64,000 nucleotides of DNA from an uncultured Acidimicrobiales bacterium. GTDB lineage: Bacteria > Actinomycetota > Acidimicrobiia > Acidimicrobiales > Aldehydirespiratoraceae. The translations under genes were made by a program, and so were the position numbers. Location of the stretch: positions 692,277-756,276 of the forward strand of contig CATQHS010000001.1 of the NCBI GenBank assembly GCA_958296055.1. The letters run 5' to 3'. The notes beneath the pieces were generated by a model. It had not been told where the DNA came from and ran no database searches. It was given only the letters and a program-made list of their open reading frames with translations. Positions 55,450 through 63,872 of this stretch are shown one piece after another (within the stretch, counting starts at the first letter, position 1; every line of letters starts with the position of its first letter).

Positions 55450-57225
55450 ATGGCGGACAGCCAGGAATCATCGGCGCCGGCCCCGGAGTCCGCTCCGGCC
55501 CGGCAGGCGCTGTCCCGCTCCCAGAGGATCATGGGCTTGGCGGCCGGGGTGGTCTCGGCTGGCCTGGCCCTGGCCATCGGCGAGTTGGTCGACGGGATGA
55601 GCGAGGCGCAGCCGTCGCTGGTGGTGGCCGTGGGCGAGCTGATAGCCGACTACACCCCCGGTAACGTGGTGGCGGCCAGCATCGACAACCTGGGCAGCAA
55701 CCAGAAGTGGGTGCTGCTGACCGGCATCACCGTGGTGACCCTGCTGGCGGGCGGGGTCTTGGGCCGGGCCGCGGTGAGGGGCCGTCGGGACCTGGTCTTC
55801 GGCGGTTTCGCCGCCTTCGGGCTGCTGGGGGGCTGGGCCACGGCCCGCAACCCCTTCAGCTCCGCGGCCGTGTCCTGGCTGGTGGCAGCGCTGGCGACCG
55901 GCATCGGTTTGGCCGCCCTGCTGTTCCTGACCAGCCGAATGCGCCCCGGTTCTGCACCGGCCTCGGGGCTAGGGGCGGGCCGCCCGGAGCCAGCGCCCGC
56001 CTCGGTGGGCCTAGGGTCGGGGCCGGACCGCCCGGAGCCGGCACCCGAGACGGCCGCCGCGCTCGCCGGGCCCGATCCGAACCGGCGGGCCTTTCTGACC
56101 TACGCAGGCGGCGTCGCGGTTGTGGCCGGGGCCCTGGTGTGGATCGGGCGGCGGGTAAAAGGGACTTCGGCGGCCGAGCAGGCTCGCTCCGCCGTCGAGC
56201 TGCCCCCCACCAGAGCAGCCCCGACCAGCACGAGCGCCAGCACTGGCGAGGTCTCGACGGCCGAGTCCGCCGGGGCCGCCGCCGCCAATCCGAGCGTCTT
56301 CGACCAGGTGGCCGGGCTCGACACCTTCGACGGGGTCGAGCACATCTCGACCTACCTGACCTCCAACGAGACCTTCTACCGGATCGACACCGCCCTGTCG
56401 CCCCCCCAGGTGGACCCGGCGGCCTGGAACCTGCAAATCACCGGCATGGTCGACAACCCCTACCAGCTCACCTTCGACGAGATCCTGGGCATGGACCTCA
56501 GCGATCACGTCGTCACCCTGCAGTGCGTCTCCAACCAGGTGGGCGGCAAGCTGGTCGGCAACGCGGTGTGGACCGGCGTGCCCCTCACCTCCATCCTGGA
56601 GCGGGCCGGGGTGCAGCCCGGCGCCACCCAGATCGTGGGCCGGTCGGTGGACGACTGGACGGCCGGGTTCCCCACCGGGCTGATCAGCGACGGCCGCAAC
56701 GCGCTGCTGGCGGTGGGCATGAACGGCGAGCCCCTGCCGGTGGCCCACGGGTTCCCGGCCCGGCTGATCGTGGCCGGGCTCTACGGCTACGTGTCGGCGG
56801 TGAAGTGGCTCTCCGAGATCCACCTCACCACCTGGGAGGGCTTCGACGCCTACTGGGTGCCCAGGGGATGGTCCAAGGAGGGTCCCATGAAGACCCAGAG
56901 CCGCATCGACGTCCCCAAAGGCTCCGACCGGCTCACAGCCGGCCAGACCACTCCCATAGCCGGCGTGGCCTGGGCCCCCACCCGGGGCGTGCAGGCCGTG
57001 GACGTGCGGATCGACGGCGGGGGCTGGCAGCGCTGCGAGCTGGCCGAGGTCCTGGGCGACGAGAGCTGGGTGCAGTGGCAGCTCCCGTGGACCCCCTCCG
57101 CCGGCCGCCACACCATCGAGGTGCGAGCCACCGACGGCACCGGCGCGCCGCAGAGCCCGGGCCCGGTCCCGCCCCGGCCCAACGGCGCCGAGGGCTGGCA
57201 CTTCGTCGAGGTGATCGTCTCCTAG
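55450..57225 (+). CDS. Molybdopterin-dependent oxidoreductase of the sulfite-oxidase (SUOX) fold with an N-terminal membrane region
   Basis: ATG at 55450, 591 aa. N-terminal hydrophobic helices, then an Ala/Pro linker, then FYRIDTAL...LQCVSNQVGG...NGEPLPVAHGFPARLIVAGLYGYVSAVKWL and an Ig-like C-terminal domain. Confidence 0.82.
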   Translation: MADSQESSAPAPESAPARQALSRSQRIMGLAAGVVSAGLALAIGELVDGMSEAQPSLVVAVGELIADYTPGNVVAASIDNLGSNQKWVLLTGITVVTLLAGGVLGRAAVRGRRDLVFGGFAAFGLLGGWATARNPFSSAAVSWLVAALATGIGLAALLFLTSRMRPGSAPASGLGAGRPEPAPASVGLGSGPDRPEPAPETAAALAGPDPNRRAFLTYAGGVAVVAGALVWIGRRVKGTSAAEQARSAVELPPTRAAPTSTSASTGEVSTAESAGAAAANPSVFDQVAGLDTFDGVEHISTYLTSNETFYRIDTALSPPQVDPAAWNLQITGMVDNPYQLTFDEILGMDLSDHVVTLQCVSNQVGGKLVGNAVWTGVPLTSILERAGVQPGATQIVGRSVDDWTAGFPTGLISDGRNALLAVGMNGEPLPVAHGFPARLIVAGLYGYVSAVKWLSEIHLTTWEGFDAYWVPRGWSKEGPMKTQSRIDVPKGSDRLTAGQTTPIAGVAWAPTRGVQAVDVRIDGGGWQRCELAEVLGDESWVQWQLPWTPSAGRHTIEVRATDGTGAPQSPGPVPPRPNGAEGWHFVEVIVS

Positions 57226-57288
57226 CGAGGCCTTCGGGAGGGGGGCGTCCACTTCGGCGAGGGCCGGGCTTGGACGGCCCAGCCCGGC

Positions 57289-58165
57289 TTGGCCGCCACC
57301 GTCTGGGAGACCCCCGCTTACCAGCTTCTCTGGGCCGACGGCGGGAGCGAAACCGACCTGCGGAGGATCTGGGAGGCCAGGCAGGGCCGCCGGGGCTGGG
57401 TAGTGATCCTGCTGGCCGCTTCCAGCGACTCCGGCCGGGTTCGGGTGGTCGGACCCCAGGCCGCCCGGCCGGTGCGGGAACTCCCCGTCGGGCTCGTCTG
57501 GAGCCTGCTGCGAAAGAGCCGCGACTACGCGCCCCGCGAGGCGGCCGCGCTCATGGCCGGCGAGTTCGGTCGCCTCGAAGAGGCGGTGGTGCCCGGGATC
57601 AGGGTCAAGGACCTGCTCACCCCCCACTTCGTGCAGGACCGCCTGCGCCGGCCCGAGAACCAGAGGCGCCTGGCCGACGCGGTGGCCGGCATAGAGCCCT
57701 CGGGCGACCGGACGTGGCGCTGGTTGTTCGAGAGGTTCGGCTACCGGATTCAACAGCTTCCGAGGCGGGGCTACCTGCTGTGGCACGACGACGCGCCGGT
57801 GGCGGTGGTTCACCCGTATCGCAGCCCGTCCCTGTTCAGCCGCCTCACCCGCAACGGGGAGCTGCCCGAGGGCCTGGCCCTGGCCGACTGCCGGCGCCAC
57901 GGCGCCGGATGGGCGGTGCTGGCCTCCGGGGGCCGATACCGGCTGTTTTCGAGCCGACCGCCGGTGGGGCCGGCTTCGGGCCAGTACGTCGAGGTGGACG
58001 CGGACGATCTGGAGCGGGAGAACCGCTTCTACCTGGGCCTTTTATCACCGGATTCGCTGCGGGAGGGAGGCTGGCTCACCAGGTGGGTCGAAGAGACCAA
58101 GGACTTCGGCGAGGAGCTGCGCAAGGGCCTGGAGGAGCGGCTGATCACCAACCTGTCCGACGACT
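57289..58165 (+). pseudogene. N-terminal fragment resembling the nuclease-like head of large type IIG/RM-type DNA methyltransferases; truncated at an AT-rich junction
   Basis: TTG start, so the 5' end is uncertain. ...RWLFERFGYRIQ...HGAGWAVLASGGRYRLFSS...GQYVEVDADDLERENRFYLGLLSPDSL... matches the W(G/A).L(T/A)NG..(W/Y)RL(Y/F)...Y.E.DL pattern of such N-termini as I remember it. After ...LEERLITNLSDDW the frame runs into 25%-GC sequence and the next gene. No methyltransferase domain follows. Confidence 0.45.
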
Positions 58166-58236
58166 GGACATCCAAAAAAATAATTTTCAAGGATTTCAAG
58201 ATTATTTCAGGTAAAGGGGTGTCATTGTCACACCCC
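58166..58236 (+). other. AT-rich junction segment with three ATTTCA(A/G)G repeats and a 7-bp hairpin
   Basis: The sequence reads ccaaaaaaataattttcaaggatttcaagattatttcaggtaaa, then GGGGTGT-cattgtc-ACACCCC (58216-58236). It is by far the most AT-rich stretch in the window. Confidence 0.7.
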
Positions 58237-58241
58237 TGTTG

Positions 58242-58247
58242 TAGAGT
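58242..58247 (+). promoter_or_regulatory. Candidate -10 hexamer (TAGAGT) for a leaderless DUF222-HNH transcript
   Basis: TAGAGT-gatcgc-ATG(58254). The geometry is the same as at ispG. No convincing -35 element was found. Confidence 0.35.
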
Positions 58248-58253
58248 GATCGC

Positions 58254-59663
58254 ATGTTCGTTGGAGTGGATGCGGTCGAGCGGTTCGACAAGGACTTGGA
58301 CTCTCTGCTGGGGCGGGTGCGCGCCGGGGAGGTGACCTTGGGCCGCCTCAGGGATCTGATCGCGGGCAGCCGCTCGGTGGAGGCCAAGATGGCCATGCTG
58401 CAAACCGAGGCAGCCCGGTTAATCGCCCTAGGGGAGCGTCACGGCGACGGCGGCGCCTCGGTGCTGTGCGACCAGGCCGGCAAGTCCCGGGCCCAGGCCC
58501 GCCGCCATCTGGCCGTCGCCGAGACGCTCGACGAAATGCCTCAGGTGCGCTCGGCGGTGGACGCCGGGGAGGTGTCGCTGACCAACGCCGAGCGCCTGGC
58601 CCACGCGGCCAAGCGCACCGGCCCCGAAACTGTCGACGCGTCCGCCGGCTTGCTGGACAAGGCTCGGCAACTGCCGCCAGACCGGTTCGCCCGCGAGGTC
58701 GCCGCCTGGACCCAAGGCCAGCAGGCCGACCACGGCCACGGCGACTACCTGCGCCAGCGCCAGCGGCGCTACCTCAGGATGCGCCGGGAGGGCGACATGA
58801 TGCGCTTCGACGGCCAATACGACCTCGAAGCCGGCACCCGCATCGGCGCCCGCCTTCAACGGCTGGCCGAAGCCCTCCGCCGCCAAGACGACCAGGCCGC
58901 CCGCAACGGCGGCGGGACCGGCGACGGCGAGGGCCGCCGAACCTGGGATCAGCTCCAAGCCGACGCCCTCGACCAGCTCGCCTCTGGCGATGCCGGATCC
59001 AATGACCGGGGCGGCGCTGGGGGCAGGCCCAAGGCCGAGGTGATCGTGGTGGCCGACATCGGGGTGCTCACCGGCGACGACCCGTCCGGCCGCTGCGAGA
59101 TCCCCGGAGTGGGCCCGGTGCCCCCGGAGGTGCTGGAACGCGTCGCCTGTGACGCCGAGCTCACCGGCGTTTTGTTCAGCGAAGGCAAGCCGCTTTACCA
59201 CGGGGCCACGGTGCGCACCGCCACCAAAGCCCAATGGCGGATGCTGGTCGCCCGAGACGGGGGCTGCATCGGCTGCGGCGCCGAGCCCCGGTGGTGCCAG
59301 GCCCACCACACCGTCCCCTACGCCCGATCCCGCCGCACCGGCATCGACCAGCTCGTGCTGGTGTGCTGGCAATGCCACCACAACATCCACGACCACAACT
59401 GGCAGCTCACCCACCGCCAAGGCAAACCAGCCCTCCAACCCCCCGACCCCGCCGACATCCGCCCTCGTCGCGGTCACGCCAGCCAAAACGCCCGCAGCAA
59501 CAGCAGCCCCCCGCCTCCCCCCGACCACAGCAGGCCCCCACCCCCAGACCGAGCCGTCCCCAACCCGGACCGAGAAGCCCCAGCCCCTCCAAACCCGGAC
59601 CGACAACCCGACCGAGATCAAGGCACAGACCGAGAAAGAGCCCCAGCCCTCTTCCCAACCTGA
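58254..59663 (+). mobile_element. DUF222 + HNH endonuclease protein gene (REP13E12-type selfish element)
   Basis: 469 aa. A DUF222-like N-terminal half (...LQTEAARLIA...AQARRHLAVAETLDEMPQVRSAVDAGEVSLTNAERLAHAAKR...). The HNH block is CIGCGAEPRWCQAHHTVPYARSRRTGIDQLVLVCWQCHHNIHDHNW. The tail is Pro-rich. Confidence 0.85.
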
Positions 59664-59676
59664 CCCCGACCCCAGG

Positions 59677-59796
59677 GCAACGGTGAAAGGTCGCCAGTGA
59701 GCCAGGCCAGCGGCATAGGCACCACCAACGTCAGAAAGGAGCCCGTCAACAAAGAGCCAAGAGAGCAACCGTGAAAGGTCGCCAGTGAGCCAGGCC
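59677..59796. repeat. 32-nt direct repeat x2 (GCAAC(G/C)GTGAAAGGTCGCCAGTGAGCCAGGCC)
   Basis: Copies at 59677-59708 and 59765-59796 with one mismatch, just downstream of the HNH gene stop. Confidence 0.85.
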
Positions 59797-59805
59797 GGGG
59801 GGTGG

Positions 59806-59852
59806 CACGGGGGTTAGCGTCGGCGCCGCTTGCGGCGACGACCGCCCCCGTG
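59806..59852 (+). terminator. Long GC-rich imperfect hairpin, possible intrinsic terminator without a U-tract
   Basis: The outer stem is CACGGGGG ... CCCCCGTG. The inner stem is GCGTCGGCGCCGC-TT-GCGGCGACGACCGC with one or two mismatches. It lies 143 nt after the HNH stop. Confidence 0.35.
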
Positions 59853-59967
59853 ACAGGACCCGCCGGCCGGGCAGCGCAAAGACGAAGACAGGACCCGCCG
59901 GCCGGACAGAGCAGCCGCCCAGAAACCGAGGAGAGAACCCGGCCCCCATGACAGGGCCCGTCGGCCG
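59852..59967. repeat. Three direct copies of GACAGG(A/G)CCCG(C/T)CGGCCG upstream of the Moco hydroxylase gene
   Basis: Copies at 59852-59870 and 59887-59905 (identical 19-mers) and a diverged copy at 59950-59967. The gene start is at 59994. Confidence 0.8.
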
Positions 59968-59993
59968 CTCCCGGGTCTAATCTGTAGGCGATC

Positions 59994-62648
59994 ATGGGCG
60001 ACTTAGCCAGCACCGAGTTCGTCTGCAACGGCTCGACGGTGCGCGTCGGCGAGCATCCCCACCTGCTGGCCGCGCTACGCGAGGAACTGGACCTGGTGGC
60101 GGCCAAGGACGGCTGCTCGCCGTCGGGGCAGTGCGGGGCCTGCACCGTGCTGATCGACGGCAAGGCCAGGGTGGCCTGCCAGGTCCCCCTGGAGAAGGCG
60201 GCCGGGGCCTCCGTGGTCACCCCCGAGGGCCTCTCCGGCGACGAGCGGGAGCGCTTCGCCGCCGCTTTCGGGGCGGCCGGGGCGGTGCAGTGCGGGTTCT
60301 GCATCCCCGGGATCGTCATGCGGGCCAAGGCGCTGATCGACCGGCACGGCCCCGATCTCACCCGGGAGCATGCCTCCCGCCATCTGGGCGCCCACCTGTG
60401 CCGCTGCACCGGCTACCTCAAGATCCTCGACGCGGTGGAGATGCTGGCCTCCGGGGCCGACGGCCGCTCCGGGCCCCCGCTGGAGCCCGTCCGGGGGATC
60501 GGATCCCGGTCGGCCCGCTACGAGTCGTTCGACCTCACCCTGGGCGACAAGCTCTTCATCGACGACATGAAGGTCCCGGGCCTGCTGCACGGGGCGGTCC
60601 GCCTGGCCGACCACGCCCGGGCCAACGTGATCTCCATCGACGCCGGCCCCGCCGAGGCCGTCCCCGGCGTGGTGAGGGTGTTCACCGCGGCCGACGTGCC
60701 CGGCGACCTGCTCATCGGCCTCATCCACAAGGACTGGCCCGTGTTCGTCCCCGTCGGGGGCCGCACCGCCTACCTGGGCGACGTGATGGCCCTAGTGGTG
60801 GCCGAGGACCGCGAATCCGCCCGCCGGGCCGCGGCCCTAATCGACATCGCCTACCAGCCGCTGGACCCCATCACCGACCCCGAGACGGCGGTGGCCCCCG
60901 GCGCCGAGGACGCGGTGGGCCACCTCGACGGCAACGTCTTGTCGGTGTCGGCCTACCGGCGGGGCGGCGACGTCGCCGACGCCCTGGCCCGGTCGGCCCA
61001 CACCGTTACCGAGACGTTCCGCACCCAGCGGGTGGAGCAGGCCTTCCTGGAGCCCGAGTCCACCCTGGCCGTGCCGGTCGCGGCCGACGGCGGCGCCCGC
61101 CGCCTCGACGTGTGGTCGGGGGGCCAGGGGGTGTGGGACGACCGGGACCAGATCGCGGCCGTGCTCGGGGTGGGCCCCGAGGCGGTGCGGGTCACCCAGG
61201 TGGCCAACGGCGGGGCCTTCGGGGGCAAGGAGGACTGCTCCAACCAGACCCAGACCGCCCTGGCCGCCTGGCTGCTCGACCGCCCGGTGAAAACCACCTT
61301 CTCCCGCCCCGAGTCCATGCTCGTACACCCCAAGCGCCACCCGGTGCGCATCCACCTGGACGCGGGCTGCGACGCCGACGGCCGCCTCACCGCCCTGCGG
61401 GCCCGGATGCTGGGCGACTCCGGCCCCTACGCCTCGGTGGGCATGAAGGTGCTGGAGCGGGCGGCGGGCCACGCCTGCGGCCCCTACGCCGTCCCGGTGG
61501 TGGACGTGGAGGCCGTGGCGGCCCGCACCAACAACAGCATCGGCGGGGCCTTCCGGGGCTTCGGGGCCAACCAGGCCCAGTTCGCCACCGAGGGGGCTAT
61601 GGACCGGCTGGCCGCCGCGGTGGGGATCAGCGGCTGGGAGATCCGGTCCCGCAACGCGGTGGCTCCGGGAGCGGTGTGGGGGCCGGGCCAGATCATGGAC
61701 GAAGGCTGCGCCGGCGCCCGCCAGTGCCTCGACGCCGTCCGCCCCGCCTACGAGGAGGCCCGGGCCGCGGGCCGGGCCGTCGGGCTGGGCCTGGGGCTGA
61801 AGAACTCCGGTCTCGGCAACGGCTACGTCGAGGTCAGCCGGGCCGTGGTGCGCTTCGCCGCCGACGAGCGCCGCCCGCCGGGAACGGCGGCCGGGCCCGA
61901 CACCGCGGTGGAGGTCCGCCACGGCTGGACCGAGATGGGCCAGGGGGTGCACACCGTGGCCCTCCAAGTGGCGGTGGCCGAGCTGGGCATCGACCCCGAG
62001 CGGGTGAGGGTGGTGGTGGACACCAGCCGCGAGCTGGGCGACGGCCAGACCACCGGGTCGCGGGGCACGCTGATGGGGGCCGGGGCGGTGGCCGACGCCT
62101 GCCGGGCCGCTCTGGCCGGAGGCTGCCTGACCGGGGTCGACTACGCCGGGGAGTACCGGGTGGACTGGACCAACAGCCTCGACGATCCGACGGCCAACCC
62201 GGTCATCCACTCCACCTTCTCCTACGCGGCCCAGGTGGTGGTGGCCGACCCGGCCACCGGCCGGATCGAGAAGGTGGTGGCCGCCCACGATGTGGGCCGG
62301 GCCGTCAACCCGCTGCTGTGCGAGGGCCAGATCGAGGGCAGCGTGCACATGGGCCTGGGCTACGCCTTGGGCGAGGACTTCCCGTGTGACCCCGACGGCC
62401 GGCCGGGGCCCGACACCCTGCGGGGGCTCAACATCATCCGGCCCAAGGACATGCCGCCGGTGGAGGTGATCCTGGTGGAGGCCCCCCAGCCCGACTCTCC
62501 CTACGGCATCAAGGGGGTGGGCGAGATCGGCCTGGTGCCCACGGCCGGGGCGGTGGCCGAGGCCATGCGCCAAGCCGACGGCCAGTGGCGGGACCGGCTC
62601 CCCATCGCCGCCCACCAACCGGTGATGGCCGCATCCGCCCGAGCGTGA
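59994..62648 (+). CDS. Xanthine dehydrogenase/aldehyde oxidase family protein: fused 2x[2Fe-2S] + molybdopterin-binding subunit, with no FAD domain
   Basis: 884 aa. GCSPSGQCGACTVLIDGKARVAC and QCGFCIPGIVM...CRCTGY, followed by a/b-hammerhead and Moco domains (...GGAFGGKE...GFGANQ...GQG.HT...GVGE...). Confidence 0.88.
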   Translation: MGDLASTEFVCNGSTVRVGEHPHLLAALREELDLVAAKDGCSPSGQCGACTVLIDGKARVACQVPLEKAAGASVVTPEGLSGDERERFAAAFGAAGAVQCGFCIPGIVMRAKALIDRHGPDLTREHASRHLGAHLCRCTGYLKILDAVEMLASGADGRSGPPLEPVRGIGSRSARYESFDLTLGDKLFIDDMKVPGLLHGAVRLADHARANVISIDAGPAEAVPGVVRVFTAADVPGDLLIGLIHKDWPVFVPVGGRTAYLGDVMALVVAEDRESARRAAALIDIAYQPLDPITDPETAVAPGAEDAVGHLDGNVLSVSAYRRGGDVADALARSAHTVTETFRTQRVEQAFLEPESTLAVPVAADGGARRLDVWSGGQGVWDDRDQIAAVLGVGPEAVRVTQVANGGAFGGKEDCSNQTQTALAAWLLDRPVKTTFSRPESMLVHPKRHPVRIHLDAGCDADGRLTALRARMLGDSGPYASVGMKVLERAAGHACGPYAVPVVDVEAVAARTNNSIGGAFRGFGANQAQFATEGAMDRLAAAVGISGWEIRSRNAVAPGAVWGPGQIMDEGCAGARQCLDAVRPAYEEARAAGRAVGLGLGLKNSGLGNGYVEVSRAVVRFAADERRPPGTAAGPDTAVEVRHGWTEMGQGVHTVALQVAVAELGIDPERVRVVVDTSRELGDGQTTGSRGTLMGAGAVADACRAALAGGCLTGVDYAGEYRVDWTNSLDDPTANPVIHSTFSYAAQVVVADPATGRIEKVVAAHDVGRAVNPLLCEGQIEGSVHMGLGYALGEDFPCDPDGRPGPDTLRGLNIIRPKDMPPVEVILVEAPQPDSPYGIKGVGEIGLVPTAGAVAEAMRQADGQWRDRLPIAAHQPVMAASARA

Positions 62649-62722
62649 CCCGGCCATGACCGCCCCCGCCGCCGCCATTGGGGGCCGGGGCCGGCGACGG
62701 GTCCAACCGGCGTGACCCGGCC

Positions 62723-63814
62723 ATGACGGTCCCGAGCCTCGGAGAGCCGGCCCCGCAACCCGGCGACCCGGCCCTGAGCCTCGGAGAGCCGGGCACCACG
62801 CCGGGGCTGGTGTGCGCCCACCACCATCTGTATTCGGCGCTGGCCCGGGGGATGCCCGCCCCGCCCCGCACCCCTCGGTCGTTTCTGGACATCCTGGAGC
62901 TGATCTGGTGGCGCCTGGACCGGGCTCTGGACCTCGACGCCATCGAATGGTCGGCCAAGCTGGGGGCCCTGGAGGCCCTGGAGTCGGGCACCACCGCCAT
63001 CATCGACCACCACGAGTCCCCCAATGCCATCGAGGGCGCCCTGGACGTCATCGCCGCCGCCTGCGCCGAGGTGGGGGTGCGAGCGGACTGCGCCTACGGC
63101 GTCACCGACCGCCACGGCCCGGCCGGGGCCGCGGCCGGGCTGGCCGAGAACGACCGGTTCCTGCGGGCCGGGGGCCGGGGCCGGGTCGGCGTCCACGCCG
63201 CCTTCACCTGCTCGCAGGCCACCCTGGAGACGGCCGCGGGCCTGGCCGCCGACCACAACACCGGCGTTCACATCCACGTGGCCGAGGGCCCCGACGACGC
63301 CGGCGCCGGCGACCGGCTGGCCCCCCTGGCCGCCGACGGCTGGCTGCTGGTGCACGCCGTCCACCTCGACCTAGAGCTGCCGGGCACCATCGTGCACAAC
63401 CCGAGGTCCAACATGAACAACGCGGTGGGCTACGCCCGGCCCGCGGCCCGGCCCAACCCGGTGGCGCTGGGCACCGACGGGATCGGAGCCGACATGCTCG
63501 ACGAGTTCCGGGTCGCCTACGCCCGCCACCGCGAGGACGACGTGACCGCCACCCCGGAGGCGGCCTGGGGGTGGCTGGAGACGGGCTGGGAGCTGTTCCC
63601 CGAAGCCCGCGCCGATGTGGTCCGCTGGTCGTATGGGGCCACAGACCCGTGGTCGCTGGCCTTCACCACCGGGGTGAGGGCGCTGGACGCGGTGATCGAC
63701 GGCGAGGCGGTGTTGCGCGGCGGCCGGCCCACCCGGGTCGATCCCGACGAGATTCGGGCCAAGGCGGCCGAGGCCGCGGCCCGGCTGTTCGCCCGACTCG
63801 ACGAGATACCGTGA
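62723..63814 (+). CDS. ssnA: SsnA-like amidohydrolase (chlorohydrolase/deaminase superfamily), N-terminally short
   Basis: ATG at 62723; an in-frame TTG at 62678 is also possible. [15 protein letters not shown]..., [28 protein letters not shown] and GTDGIGADM. It lacks the usual ~55-aa N-terminal beta-sandwich segment. The symbol rests on remembered similarity to E. coli SsnA. Confidence 0.65.
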   Translation: MTVPSLGEPAPQPGDPALSLGEPGTTPGLVCAHHHLYSALARGMPAPPRTPRSFLDILELIWWRLDRALDLDAIEWSAKLGALEALESGTTAIIDHHESPNAIEGALDVIAAACAEVGVRADCAYGVTDRHGPAGAAAGLAENDRFLRAGGRGRVGVHAAFTCSQATLETAAGLAADHNTGVHIHVAEGPDDAGAGDRLAPLAADGWLLVHAVHLDLELPGTIVHNPRSNMNNAVGYARPAARPNPVALGTDGIGADMLDEFRVAYARHREDDVTATPEAAWGWLETGWELFPEARADVVRWSYGATDPWSLAFTTGVRALDAVIDGEAVLRGGRPTRVDPDEIRAKAAEAAARLFARLDEIP

Positions 63815-63872
63815 CCGCCGCCGTCGCCGCCGTCGCCGCCGTCGAAGCCACCACCGAAGCGAGGAACCGCCC

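Noticed and set aside
55707-58214. An 835-aa plus-strand ORF and a 629-aa minus-strand ORF overlapping the SUOX-fold oxidoreductase gene and the RM-like fragment
   Set aside because: These are alternative-frame or antisense ORFs rich in Arg, Gly and Pro. The annotated frame carries the conserved molybdoenzyme motifs.
59800-59993. A Moco riboswitch upstream of the molybdoenzyme gene
   Set aside because: I could not recognise the conserved core of the Moco RNA motif by eye. Only a generic hairpin and direct repeats are present. A covariance-model search (Rfam RF01055) would be needed.
60131-62678. A 752-aa alternative-frame ORF and a 613-aa antisense ORF over the Moco hydroxylase gene
   Set aside because: Same reasoning. 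Only the 59994 frame contains the 2Fe-2S and Moco motifs.
63815-63845. GCCGCCGTC x3 micro-repeat between the ssnA-like and LLM genes
   Set aside because: It is a trivial short tandem repeat in intergenic GC-rich DNA with no further structure.
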